In this document: positions 1-12,282 of the stretch, piece after piece | Numbering within the stretch: the stretch's first letter is position 1 | How the letters are laid out: each line of letters begins with the position of its first letter | Assembly (NCBI RefSeq): GCF_006345805.1 | Contig: NC_043009.1 | Span: forward strand, 37,014,001-37,078,000 | DNA: 64,000 bases | Direction: 5' to 3' | From: Octopus sinensis | Lineage: Eukaryota | The notes under the pieces: model-generated | Seen by the model: the letters and a program-made list of their open reading frames with translations, nothing else | Told to the model about the DNA's origin: nothing | Database searches by the model: none | Translations under genes and position numbers: made by a program

Positions 1-55
1 CTGCATAGTTTCAGTTTTACCTTCTTTCGAAATAACTAGATAATACAAAGCGATA

Positions 56-475
56 CTCTTTCTTTCTTTTACTTGTTTCTGTCATTTGACTGCGGCCATG
101 CTGGAGCACCGCCTTTAATCGAGCAACTCGACCCCCCGGGGACTTATTCTTTTGTAAGCCCAGTACTTATTCTATCGGTCTCTTTTGCCGAACCGCTAAG
201 TTACGGGGACATAAACACCCGCATCGGTTGCCAAGCAATGCTAGGGGGACAAACACAGACAACACAACACACACACACGCATATATATATATATATATTA
301 TATATATATATATATACGACGGGCTTCTTTCAGTTTCCGTCTACCAAATCCACTCACAAGGCTTTGGTCGGCCCGAGGCTATAGTAGAAGACACTTGCCC
401 AAGGTGCCACGCAGTGGGACTGAACCCGGAACTATGTGGTTGGTTAGCAAGCTACTTACCACACAGCCACGCCTG
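56..475 (-). mobile_element. SINE group A (tRNA-like head, CORE-like 'ccttgggcaagt' motif, internal (TA)n/(TG)n, 'gcggtgctccagcatggccgcagtc...gtaaaaga' tail)
   Basis: Minus strand reads caggcgtggctgtgtggtaag (A-box-like) ... ggttcagtccc (B-box-like). Near-identical copies at 6430, 14932, 16077, 24365 and 48963. Confidence 0.9.
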
Positions 476-483
476 GTTTAAAA

Positions 484-685
484 TTTTCGCAAAAAGCCAA
501 CTGTTTAGAGGGAGTGTGTAAGTCGATTACGTTGGCCCTAGTACTCAACGGGTACTTATTTTATCCACCCACCGGAAGGATGAAAGGCAATTCGGCCGCG
601 ACGGCATTTGTACTTAGAACGTAAAGACAGGCGAAATGCCGCCAGGTATTTCGCCCGCCGTGCTAACGATTCTGCCAGTTCGTCT
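484..685 (-). mobile_element. Old, degenerate SINE group B copy
   Basis: gtcgattac...ggatgaaaggc...ttcgccc.ccgtgctaacgattctgccag is homologous to the young B copies (e.g. 13877-14103). Confidence 0.75.
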
Positions 686-896
686 CCAATACAATGTCTT
701 TATATTGCCACTAAAAATAGAACAAAAAAATCCTTCCCACATACCTCCTGTAGATTCACTGACACGCACAAATGCACATATAGGTATATAGATGTAACCC
801 ACCAGCGAATTCAGTAGATATACTAGAAATAGCAGTTAAATCTAAAAAATTTACGAAAGGAAAGGCACATTAAATAATGTGTAGATAAAAGAAATT

Positions 897-1280
897 GGAG
901 GCGCAATGGCCCAGTGGTTAGGGCAGCGGACTCGCGGTCATAGGATCGCGGTTTCGATTCCCAGACCGGGCGTTGTGAGTGTTTATTGAGCGAAAACACC
1001 TAAAGCTCCACGACGCTCCGGCAGGGGATGGTGGTGATCCCTGCTGTACTCTTTCACCACAACTTTCTCTCACTCTTACTTCCTGTTTCAGTTGTACCTG
1101 TATTTCAAAGGGCCGCCTTGTCACTCTCTGTGTCACGCTGAATATCCCCGAGAACTACGTTAAGGGCACACGTGTCTGTGGAGTGCTCAGCCACTTACAC
1201 GTTAATTTCACGAGCAGGCTGTTCCGTTGATTCGGATCAACCGGAACCCTCGTCATTGTAACCGACGGAGTGCTTCCACC
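897..1280 (+). mobile_element. SINE group C, tRNA-Arg-like head, with target site duplication
   Basis: Head tggcccagtggttagggcagcggactcgcggtcataggatcgcggtttcgattcc aligns to tRNA-Arg. 12-bp TSD agataaaagaaa at 883-894 and 1281-1292. Confidence 0.92.
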
Positions 1281-1445
1281 AGATAAAAGAAAGATGTGAT
1301 AGAAACTCGGTTGGCTATAGGTTTGAGGTCATGGCTATACATTGAGAAACAGCAACTTGTTATCATGAAGAGCATATTGACCATAGATTTATTGGGGAAC
1401 ACAGTGTATTACGACGAATGGAAACAGTACTTCCAAACTGGTTAA

Positions 1446-1830
1446 TCTCTCTATATATAAACGGCAGTTTGTCTGTCTGCGTGTCTGTGTGTCTGTTAGG
1501 TTGTACCCTCACCTTGACCACGGCTTTCAACCGATTCTGATGAAACTTGACACACACATAGCCCAATGTCATAATTCAAAACTAACGCAGCGAAAATTTT
1601 GAAAAGTTCCCCCAGTTATGAAAAAAATCGATAAATTCGACATGGGGTCGAGAATCAGAAACAGAAACCACAGACTGTCTAGGGGACACAACTCGACCTT
1701 TTTAACTCTCAAAAAAATTTACCATCATTTTTTTTCTCCATTTTTTTGCTATTTTTTGGCTATAACTCTCTAAAAACGCTTTATAGTTATTTCCCTTACA
1801 AACCCGAGCAACGCCGGGCGATACTGCTAG
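1446..1830 (+). mobile_element. Non-autonomous Helitron
   Basis: Starts TC after A (1445). 3' hairpin cccgagcaacgccggg (1803-1818), ends CTAG (1827-1830) before T, no TSD. Same 3' end as 54102-54498. Confidence 0.9.
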
Positions 1831-3596
1831 TTCTATCATAAATGGAGCTAATTTCTGTCTTGCGATTCAACACTGGTGAAACTTTGAAATCAGAGTTATT
1901 GTGCATTTCGTTTGATTAAAATATCTAGACTCAACACTGATATAGAAGCTTTATCACCATATCTTACTATCTATATTTAATGATTCCAAGAACTATCGTC
2001 ACACAAATTTATAATCGCACTAAAATTTTATAATGATTTTCTTTTTCATACGTTATTATTGGTGAAGGAAAAGGGAACTTTTATGTCTAAAAGGTCACTC
2101 ACTTGCTGGAAATAACTTTCAAATCAGATGCTACAATCTTTTAAACACTGGCAGAACACATTGGATAATTTAGTCCTAAATATACCGTATAAACCAAATA
2201 TACTAAGACAAGACGGTCACATCTGGAACCCTTTTGAACATAGACACCAATGCACGATTAAAACTAGGTAACTTGAGCTAAAATAAAGCACTCGCATACA
2301 CAGGTTCATACACACGCGTATTGGTGTGTGTGTGTGTGTGTTGTGTGTGTGTGTGTGTGTGCGTGTGTGTGTACATAAAAAAGCATTGTTTTTATACGAA
2401 GTGTTTAAATATGTTTAAAAATTTGAAGAACGTTGTGCTTAGTATAAACAAAAGAGACCCCCATTTTACACACGCACACATACACACTCACGCGTATATA
2501 TATGTATATGAATGTTTGTATATGTATGCTATACATAAACAAATAAATATTTTATATTGCGTAACCTTAAATAAATAACATATCTGTGGGTCATCCAGTT
2601 CGTTGTTATTAAATGTTCTTGACTTCAATACAATTAGTAAATATTTTTATATACACTGACGATGGTTTTGCTGAAACGATCTAACACCATATTAAATGCT
2701 ACATGCCTCTAAGTGATAACGATATAAAATTTCGCTTTTCTTTCTGCTGGAGGTGGAAGGGAGTCAATAAAATGACTGCCAGCAGTTGACCGGGATCGTT
2801 TTAATAGGCCATACGTCCATTTATTCTTCTACATATAATGTGTGGTCTTTTGTCAATCTAAGAAATTCATATTACCAGCATCACGCCCACCCAGAGAAAT
2901 TGTAGAGATATGGAAATGCTAGTACGTCAATATAATAGCTTCTATTAGTTAATTTCGTCTCCCAAAGTTCTGAGTATAGTTACTACAACGACTGCCTTTA
3001 CATTTAATTCCTTTGGGGGCAACGATATATAATAACAATTTTATTAGGTCAAGTCGATCCTTCTTTTGGGACACCGGAAACATTTTTACCAATATTAAAA
3101 TCCTTTTTGATCTTGGTTTTTCTGTTGGTCTGCAATAGAACTAAATATTGGTGTGCTATATATATTATATATATATATTATATTATATATATATTATTAT
3201 ATATATAATAATATATATATGTGTGTTGTATGTGTGTATTTAATATATTTATATATATATCATATATAACACAAATATATATATATACATACATATAGTA
3301 TAATATATATATACATATATATGATATATACATATATAATAAATAGAAAATATATAACCATTTGTATTATATATATATGTATATTATATATACATATATA
3401 TATATATGTTTATTTAGTTTATTTAGTTCGTCCAGGATTGCCTTTCTCAGGTACATCTCATGACAAGAGTAAAAAAAAACTCAAAACATTGATGTCTGAG
3501 ATTCCTAACAGATGGTGACACTAAACGAACTGGTGTTCCACACCTTTTATCATAAGAGATATTTTTTGCCCGCGTAATTGCAGTTATTTGCCTTTA

Positions 3597-3660
<64 letters not shown>

Positions 3661-3670
<10 letters not shown>

Positions 3671-4532
3671 GTGAATGGAGAAATGGAGTTGAACGAAGAT
3701 TGTCAGAATTCCTTTTATTACATTCTAACACATGTTTCAAAGGCCACAATTTTCCAAATTCTGATTAAATAAGGATACCATATTGCAGCTTTTCCTTCAG
3801 GAAAACCAGGAATTACGTTGTCAGAACAAAAACAAACAGAGGCGCAGCAAAGCAATTCGAACGAGGACGCTCCTTAAGAGCCCATGGGTAAAATGTGAGG
3901 GCCGACAAAGGGTCCGTTGGAATAAATCCAGGTCAGGCCGCGGTCAATTAGTAGGTGAGGAATTAATGAGAACAAGGGATGTGGAGATGTTCTGTGTGAC
4001 CAAAACTAATGTTCTGAAAATTTTAAGATACAGGGTGTATTTTTTAGGGGCGAGACAATACCTACCTAAAAGCATGTATGTGTATACTAGCCTATGTGTG
4101 CGCCGCCGTTTGTTGGCGAGGCGCTAGATATGAGCACTGCTGAAAAAGCCTGTCAGGCGGCTGAAATAATTCTGTGTTCGGGTGTCCGTCCTGTGGCTTG
4201 CTGTTCTAAAATTATCATCGTCAAAGAATCAAGAGGGTATATAATTCCCTTTGTCGGCCCCCACCAACCCCCCGATTCCAACATACATTGATAAACATTT
4301 TACCCAGGGGCTCTTAAGGAGCGTCCTCGTGCGAATTGCTTTGCTGGCGCCTCTGTTTTTTTTGTTCTGACAACGTAATTCCTGGTTTTTCCTGAAGAGA
4401 AAGCTGCAATATGGTATCCTTATTTAATCAGAAGTTGGAAAATTGTGGCCTTTGAAAACATGTGTAGAATGTAATAAAGGAATTCTGTACAATCTTCGTT
4501 CAACTCCATTTCTTCCATTCACTAATTATATA
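3661..4532. mobile_element. Palindromic element with about 230-bp inverted arms, probably inverted Penelope-like pseudo-LTRs, in a (TA)n tract
   Basis: 3661-3890 is the reverse complement of about 4297-4532. Each arm holds a hammerhead-like motif, and the arm end matches the tail of the 61107-61300 element. Confidence 0.7.
4387..4470 (+). ncRNA. Type I hammerhead ribozyme-like motif, slightly degenerate (mirror copy 3722-3805, minus strand)
   Basis: CTGAAGA 4392-4398; stem II aaag..caat / attg..cttt; GAAA(A) C ATGT G TA; short stem I ttc/gaa. Each arm has different small indels. Confidence 0.55.
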
Positions 4533-4714
4533 AACTTCAATTATCCGCACCACCACAACCACGTTTGCAACTCCATATGGTCTTATCTCCAACCGTGTTT
4601 TTTCTGCTGTGATTTTTGCTACCCAGGTATCGGTTAAACTTTTGAATAATCCGTAACAAGATAATTCATCTTTCCATTTCAACAAACATATATATATATA
4701 ATTTCGAATGAAAT

Positions 4715-5006
4715 AATTCGTGACCGGAGTTGAGTGAGCGATGTGATCGTAGAGTACCGGAAACAAAATTTCTGCAAAGCCGGACATGTCACAAGATTCA
4801 CAGACAACAGGTGGGCCCGCGCAGTTGTCGAGTGGCATATAACGGATCGGAAAAGGCAACTTGGAAGACCTCCATGACGATGGGAAGACGATCTGGTTGA
4901 ACAATTTGGGTCAGATAGAATATAAAGGCGCATTTAAGAGAGAATAGGAAACGCATTGTGACCAACGGTGTATAACAGCATGTGATAGTCTGATCGATAT
5001 TGTGAT
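4715..5006 (+). mobile_element. RTE-clade LINE 3' fragment (degenerate ORF end plus tail)
   Basis: Translates to AGHVTRFTDNRWARAVVEW...RKRQLGRPP*RWEDDL, the typical RTE C-terminal motif. Confidence 0.85.
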
Positions 5007-5062
5007 ACTGTTAGATGTGTGTGTGTGTCTGTGTGTGCATGTGTGTGTGTGTGTGTCTGTGT

Positions 5063-5125
<63 letters not shown>

Positions 5126-5578
5126 GCTATGTTTGTGTATATATGTGTCTAAAAATTAGCAGACCCTTCATCACCACCATCGTCACAACATCATCCTTAA
5201 TAACAACAAAATGATATGAAGAAACAAAAATACTATCCAGGAACAAAAAGGGGTCAACCCAAATTTTAATTACGGCAATAGCACCATGACTAGCAGCAGC
5301 ACCACCACCATCGCCACCACCGCAACCACTATCAACACTAAAATCCCCATCACCTTCACCCCTAACATCACTACCGCAACAACAACAACAACCAACAGCA
5401 AATGGTTAAAATATTCCTTTTGGAACAATAGACATAACCATCACCATCATCTTTATCAGAATTATAACCACTAAAATCGCGAAAAACCGCCGTCGTCACC
5501 ACCACCACTACCACTATTACATTATAAGTGTACTACTACTACCGCTACTACCTGAGATTGTTCATGGTGGTTTGCTCA

Positions 5579-5621
<43 letters not shown>

Positions 5622-6429
5622 TATATGTATGTATGTATGTATTATGTATATATGTAATATGTATATATATATATATATATATATATTATTTATATATATA
5701 TATATATATATAATATATATATATATATTGTGTGTGTGTGTGTATGTATTATGTGTGTGTGTGCTTGTTGTGCTTGTGTTCTTGTGTGCGTGTAAAGCCT
5801 GTAATCTAAAACAATTGTTGCTGGAAGGGAAATGTGATAACCAGTAATGTAGGAAGACAAGTGGGGAGGAAATACGTACTTTGAAATGAAGACAACAATA
5901 AAAAATCTATGGAGAGAAGACAAGTAAATAAATATACATATGTAAAATCTGAAAGAGAAATAAACAAGCAAACAAATGAACACATGAAACAGCAATAAAT
6001 AAAATAAAATAAAATAAACCAATAGTAAAACTGAAAATAAAAGAACAAGGAAAACACGATTCATACGTACATACATACGTACGTACATATTATATATAAG
6101 TATATATATATATATAATATATAATCTATAGATATATATATATACATACATACACAACACAAAGTAAATTTCTACTTTTTGTTATAGTCTTATTGTTCTT
6201 TTTCACTCCTTTATCTACTTGAAAAGTGTTGATAAAAATAGCCTGGCTATATAAATGTGGATCTTGCCTTCCGTGCACTTCATTGCAGCGTGGGCCTGAC
6301 TACAGAACAGATCATGAGCGAGAAAATTCTTTGACCGTTGCTGAGAAATTGGTTCGGAAGTTTCCAGAATCAGTTTGTTTGTTCTAATTTTGTTCGTTTT
6401 AGTTTATTGATGATTTGGTATTGTTAATT

Positions 6430-6842
6430 ACTCTTTACTCTCTTTACTCTTTTACTTGTTTCAGTCATTTGACTGCGGCCATGCTGGAGCACCACCTTTA
6501 GTCGAGCAAATCGACCCCGGGACTTATTCTTTGTAAGCCCAGTACTTATTCTATCGGTCTCTTTGCCGAACCGCTAGGTGACGGGGACGTAAACACAACA
6601 GCATCGGTGTCAGCAATGCTAGGGGGACAAACACAGACACACAAACATATACACACACACACTCAAATATATATACATATATACGACAGGCTTCTTTCAG
6701 TTTCCGTCTACCAATCCACTCATCACGGCATTGGTCGGCCCGGGCTATAGCAGAAGACACTTGCCCAAGATGCCACGCAGTGGGACTGAACCCGGAACCA
6801 TGTGGTTGGTTAGCAAGCTACTTACTACACAGCCACTCCTGC
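6430..6842 (-). mobile_element. SINE group A, full length
   Basis: Homologous along its whole length to 56-475. Confidence 0.9.
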
Positions 6843-7043
6843 TGAAATATTAATGAAATAATTTTTTTTTTTTGCTTTAATAAATGAAACATGAATGTTT
6901 AGTGAGAAGCTGTTGTCACTTCGAGAGATGAATGGGTAACAATAGACCCCAAACAAGCCTCCAACGACAGAACAGGTCAACCGGCTGAAACCAGAACTCG
7001 AACTCGTATATATATATATATATAGATATATATATATATATAA

Positions 7044-7079
7044 TATTTCTTTATTGCCCACAAGGGGCTAAACATAGAG
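7044..7079 (-). mobile_element. SINE group B 3' end cut by the gap
   Basis: atttctttattgcccacaaggggctaaacatagag is the B tail. Confidence 0.8.
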
Positions 7080-7179
7080 NNNNNNNNNNNNNNNNNNNNN
7101 NNNNNNNNNNNNNNNNNNNNNNNNNNNNNNNNNNNNNNNNNNNNNNNNNNNNNNNNNNNNNNNNNNNNNNNNNNNNNNN
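7080..7179. other. Assembly gap (100 N)
   Basis: Run of N flanked by SINE pieces. Confidence 1.
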
Positions 7180-7359
7180 ATACATACACATATATACGGC
7201 AGGCTTCTTTCAGTTTCCGTCTACCAAATCCACTCACAAGGCTTTGGTCGCGCCGAGGCTATAGTAGAAGACACTCGCCCAAGGTGCAACGCAGTGGGAC
7301 TGAACCCGGAACAATGTGGTTGGTAAGCAAGCTACTTACCACACAGCTCCTCCTGCGCC
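7180..7359 (-). mobile_element. SINE group A, 5' half
   Basis: Homologous to about 315-475. Confidence 0.88.
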
Positions 7360-7648
7360 TATAGCTAAGAACAGTTATCTTCTCATGCGCTGTTATTTTT
7401 TTAGCCCTAGGTCAGTCGTCACCGTACAGGCAGATATATAAATTCAAAGGCGTTTCAGATATGACTTAACCAGTTTTTTTTCCTAGGTAGCAGATGGAAC
7501 CCGTGTCCACATAATTTCATGTGGTCTTTACTAATACGAAGCGCTGTTATTTAAGGGAAATTTAGCTGCTGTTTGCGAAAGATCGAATTATTACTTCGAG
7601 ACTCCTTCGCTCGGTTTTGTATGTGGGTACGTGTGCGTTACCGTGCGC

Positions 7649-7688
<40 letters not shown>

Positions 7689-7706
7689 AAGTATGTGTAT
7701 GCATAT

Positions 7707-7774
<68 letters not shown>

Positions 7775-7791
7775 ATATCTATCTATCTATC
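7707..7791 (+). repeat. (TATC)n microsatellite
   Basis: About 21 units, directly before LINE copy 1. Confidence 0.98.
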
Positions 7792-8829
7792 CGGCTCTAC
7801 TTAGACGACGGTGAACAGGCGTGGGCGCCGTTTGTAATGCACGCTTTCCAGCAGCTCGTCTTCATCCCGGGTCGACCTTGAGCCACTTCAACACAACCAA
7901 AGCACTCTATAGGGGATTAATGGAGGGGAGGTACGACGACGATCTCGGGGCTAACCTGGGCGTCGACGATGAATACCCGACCCGCCTGTTCAAGACAACT
8001 TTCGTGCGGACCAATGGACAACTTCCAAAGATCCCTGACCTAGCAGTGCTATCGAGAAACGCTACCCGTTCGGGATAAACTCTACAGACACGGCTCAAAA
8101 AACGTGGGGCCGACCTGCCCGAGATGCAGTCAGAGCGACGAAACCGTTCTGCACATACCCGTGCAGTGTCCAACCATTTCCGACCTGTGGGCTTTTGTCG
8201 AACGGATGCTGTCACGTGTGGGACGAGTCGGTTTATCAGCCTAGTTTATCGTCAATATCGTCAAGCCTCCCTCCTTCAAACGGGAAGGAAGAGCTATTTT
8301 CATCATACTTGTGGTTATGGCGAAAGAATGTATCTGGTGGACTCGTCTGAAAGAATTAGAGACAAACAATTTTCCTCTCTGGTCAGTCTCTCATCAACTT
8401 CAAGTATTACTTGAAAAGGAAAGTGAGAGTCGAGAGGCAAGTTTTGTCTAGCGAATGTTTAAAAAAAAATGGGTGAATGTAGCAAGGATGGCACGTATGA
8501 ATGACGAAGCCACCTTGAGCATAATCCTATGAAGCCGGATAAATTTAAAACAGAGAGTTACTTGCAAATAAATGTGTTATCATGTGACATTATTGACCGA
8601 TGTTACCGTGGTCTTTTCTGTAGGCTCTTCTTTCCACGGATAAACCAAATCTGTTTCCCCCTTTACACTTTACATCATGACATTTCTGTGATACATGATC
8701 CCTATTGATAATTTTTTTACTATCCCTTTTAATCGAAAACCTACCTTACTTTTTTCCCCCAAAAGAAAAGCTTTACTTTGTAATTTGTCCCCTCTGTGTT
8801 CAGCCCTATGTGGCTAATAAAGAAACATA
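7792..8829 (+). mobile_element. Tx1/L1-clade LINE, 5'-truncated copy 1 (ORF2 C-terminus plus 3'UTR)
   Basis: Homologous to about 10190-11455, with an internal deletion relative to it. Ends taataaagaaaca followed by (TATC/TGTC)n. Confidence 0.9.
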
Positions 8830-8904
8830 TTTATCTTTCTGTCTGTTTGTCTGTCTATCTGTCTGTCTGCCGGTTTGTCTGTCTGTCTATCTATCTATCT
8901 ATCT

Positions 8905-11248
8905 TGCGAAGGTGCCATCACGGCGGCGGAAGTCGGGAAGCGATGGCAGAATGCTCGGTGACAAATCACCGGTTTGGATGGCCTACCCTACGAGCTTTAC
9001 AATTGTATGCGACTTGTTTTGGAGATCTCTTGGGCGGCGGTGTACTGCAACTGTGCAGCAACGGGAGCATTCCTGGTTTTGTGAGCCGAGGAGCCGTAAC
9101 ACTGCTGAAGAAAGATCTAAACAAGGGAAATGTAATAGATAACTTTAGGCCCATCACTCTGCTTAATGCAGACTTGAAAATTTTGGCCAAGTGCTAGCCA
9201 AGAGGTGGCGCTTGTCATCGAGAAACTGGTCGACAAGGCGCAAACATGCGCCGTGCCAGGCCGGACCATCCATGACAACCTCCATCTGATGCGCTACATC
9301 ATAGACAGGGTAGTTAACGAACCTGGCATGGGTGGGGCCTGATCAACTGGATCAATCAAAAGCCTTTGATAGGGTAGACCATCGATACTGGAGGCAGTCC
9401 TGAGAGCGGCTGGTTTTCGGTCCCGTCTTCCGCGGCTGGATAGCTGCCTTGTACAGAGGCATCCGTTCGGTAATTCGCGTAAATGGACATCTAATCGAGA
9501 CCTTTCGACATTGCACGTTCGTCCGTCAGGGATGCCCCCCTCGCGCGCTTCTATACGTATTGACTCTTGAGCCACTACTGCGGAAGCTGGCGACTCTAAG
9601 GGCATCCGCGAGAATTGGGATGCGGGACAGCGTGTCTGCATACGCGGACGACGTCACGGTCATAGTGTCTAGCCACGAGCACATCGAGCTGGTCGGCGAG
9701 ACACTGAAAAACTACGAAGCGGTGACAGGAGCGAAAATCAAACCGGGAAAAGTCAGTGGGCTTGCGACTAGGCACCTGAGAAGCAAGCCCATGCCGTCCC
9801 ACCAGCGCCTCCGTCGTGGGACGCTGGACCGACGGCCCGGTTGAGTTGCTCGGGGTCTGGTTTGGTCCGGACCTCCAAGTGGAGAAGAACTGGAACGAGA
9901 TAACGAGTAGGGTGGTGACTCTCGCCCGGCAATGGCCGAGAGGAAACTGTCCCTAAAAGGTCGAGCGGAGTGGCGAACACGTACATCGCGTCCGTCATCT
10001 ACTACCGGCCTGACCGTCGTACCTTGTCCCGACCCTACCATCACCAAACTACAACGCATCCTCTTTCGCTTCTTGTGGAAAGGATGCGTCCCGATGGTCA
10101 GGCGATCCATTTGCTGTCAACACCCGTTAAAAGGAGGGCTGGGCATGCCGTGGTTGATGATGCGCAGACACGCGCTGAGACTGCGACATCTCTGGCTCTA
10201 TTAGACGACGGTGAACAGTGTGGTCGCCGTTTGTGAGGCAACGCTTTCCCGCAGCTCGTCTCCATGACCGAACTGCAGTCGTGGATCAAAAAGAGGCCGA
10301 GAAGGGCGAAGGGCACCGCGAGTGTCGCGTTCTCTCAAAGCAAGTCTGCCGCCCTGGGTCGACCTTAAGTGACTTCAACACACCAAAGCATTCTATAGGG
10401 TTTAGTGGAGGAGGGGAGGTCGACGACGAGCTCGGGGCGAACCTGGACGTCGACGAGGAGTACCTGACCCGCCCCTGTTCGGGACGACTTTCGGGCCAGG
10501 GCCATGGACAACTTCCAGAGATCCCTGGCCTGGCAGTGCTACCGAGAAGCGCTACCCGTTCGGGATAAGCTCTACAGACACGGCTGGAGAAACACGGGGC
10601 CGACCTGCCCGAGATGCGGTCAGAGCGACGAAACCGTTCTGCACGCACTCGTTCAGTGTCCAACAATTTCGACCTGTGGGCTTATGTCGAACAACTGCTG
10701 TCACGTGTGGGACGAGTCGGTTTATCAGCTGAGTCTATCGTCAATATTGTCACGCCTCCTTCCTTCAAACGGGAAGGAAGAGCTATTTTTCATCATCCTT
10801 GTGCTATGGCGAAAGAATGTATCTGGTGACGCGTCTGAAAGGATTGGAGACAACACTTTCCTCTCTGGTCAATCTCTCATCAACTTCTTCAAGTACCACT
10901 TGAAAAGGAAAGTGAGAGTAGAGAGGCAAGTTTTGTCTAGCGAAGTTTTAAAAAAGATGGGTGATGTTGCAAGAATGGCACGTATGAATGACGAAGCCAC
11001 CTTGAGCATAGTCCTATGAACCCAGAAATCGAAAACAGAGAGTTACTTATTTGCAAAAAAAAAAAAAAAAAAGAAATATAAAATGTGACTTCATTGACCG
11101 AGGTTACCGTGGTCTTTTCCGTAGGCTTTTCTTTCCACGGGTAAACCTCACCTGTCCTCCCCTTTACACTTCATATTGACATTTCTGTGATAACGATCCT
11201 ATTGATCATTTTTTTTTTTTTTTTTTTTTTTTTTTCTTTTTCCTCTCC

Positions 11249-11285
<37 letters not shown>

Positions 11286-11347
11286 CCCTTTTTTTTTGTC
11301 CTCTTCTCTCGTCCTTTTACGATCCCTTTTGATCGAACCTCCCCCTT

Positions 11348-11384
<37 letters not shown>

Positions 11385-11455
11385 CCTTCAAAAGAAAAGC
11401 TCTACCTTGTAATTTGTCTATCTGTGTGCAGCCCTGTGTGGCTTATAAAGAAACA
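8905..11455 (+). mobile_element. Tx1/L1-clade LINE, 5'-truncated copy 2 (frameshifted RT, C-terminal Cys/His motif, 3'UTR)
   Basis: Motifs across frames: KSP.LDGLPYELY, NFRPITLLNADLKILAK, QTCAVPGRTIHDNLHL, KAFDRVDH, VRQGCP, SAYADDV, GGLGMP, CPRCGQSDETVLHALVQCP. Stop at 11017-11019. Confidence 0.93.
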
Positions 11456-11480
11456 TATCTATCTATCTATCTATCTATCA

Positions 11481-11516
<36 letters not shown>

Positions 11517-11522
11517 GCCTGC

Positions 11523-11589
<67 letters not shown>

Positions 11590-11850
11590 CTATCTATCTG
11601 TGTCTGTCTGTCTGCCTGTCTGTCTGTCTATATTGCATGCATTGTTGTGCCATTTTATTGCGTGTATTGCATATGTATATATGTGAATGTATATATGCAC
11701 GTGTCTGTATGCGCCAGTATGTGTGTGTGTGTATGTATGTATGTATGTATGTATGTATGTGTGTGTGTGTGTATGTATGCATGTATGTATGTCTGTGTAT
11801 GTTTGTTGTGTGTGTGTGTTTATGTGTGTGTGTGTGTTGTGTGTGTGTGT
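11456..11850 (+). repeat. Compound microsatellite (TATC)n/(TGTC)n/(TATG)n/(TG)n
   Basis: Read directly from the sequence. Confidence 0.95.
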
Positions 11851-12282
11851 AAGTTTGTGTGACGTGTGTAATCTATCTATTTTTTGTTTACTCTACGACC
11901 CCTTAATCCGAGGAAATTTAAGTAAATTGTAAACAAAGTTTCCACTAAGTTAACCCTAAGAAATACGGACTGATTTTCCACTCCAAGAACCCCTCAACAA
12001 ACACAAACCCTTTTCTTAAAAAACAAAAACAAAAAAAATAGACAGTCAACAACAGAATTCTTTATTCAGTCGCTTAATCTGCGGAAAGTAGCACCAACTT
12101 CTCCCTCAGATCTCTCCTCAGTCATTTAATATATAGAAAGAACACAGAAAATAATATAGTTTAACCGTAATGGTCACGGATGGAACGTCATGGATTTTAT
12201 GTGAATACTAACCAGATATTACACAAAGAAAAGCTATATTATAATTGCTTTTAAAACTTTAGAAAGCGAAAAAATTCTTTTG

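Noticed and set aside
897-970. tRNA-Arg gene (also at 19959 and 31118)
   Set aside because: No proper acceptor stem, and the sequence continues into a SINE body with TSDs; it is a SINE head.
2655-2690. CTGACGA...GAAAC hammerhead-like motif
   Set aside because: No convincing stem I, II or III pairing.
4560-4670. Minus-strand YLGSK.T RT-like motif suggesting a 5'-inverted RTE insertion
   Set aside because: It needs a frameshift and is short. The same 25 nt also resemble 61161-61186, so its origin is ambiguous.
8905-11019. Functional RT gene
   Set aside because: 5'-truncated (no endonuclease or ORF1) with many frameshifts. Some indels may be sequencing error, but the copy is incomplete regardless.
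11208-11380. Poly-T runs as a separate retrocopy or terminator array
   Set aside because: They align to shorter T runs in the 3'UTR of LINE copy 1, so they are homopolymer expansion or base-calling error.
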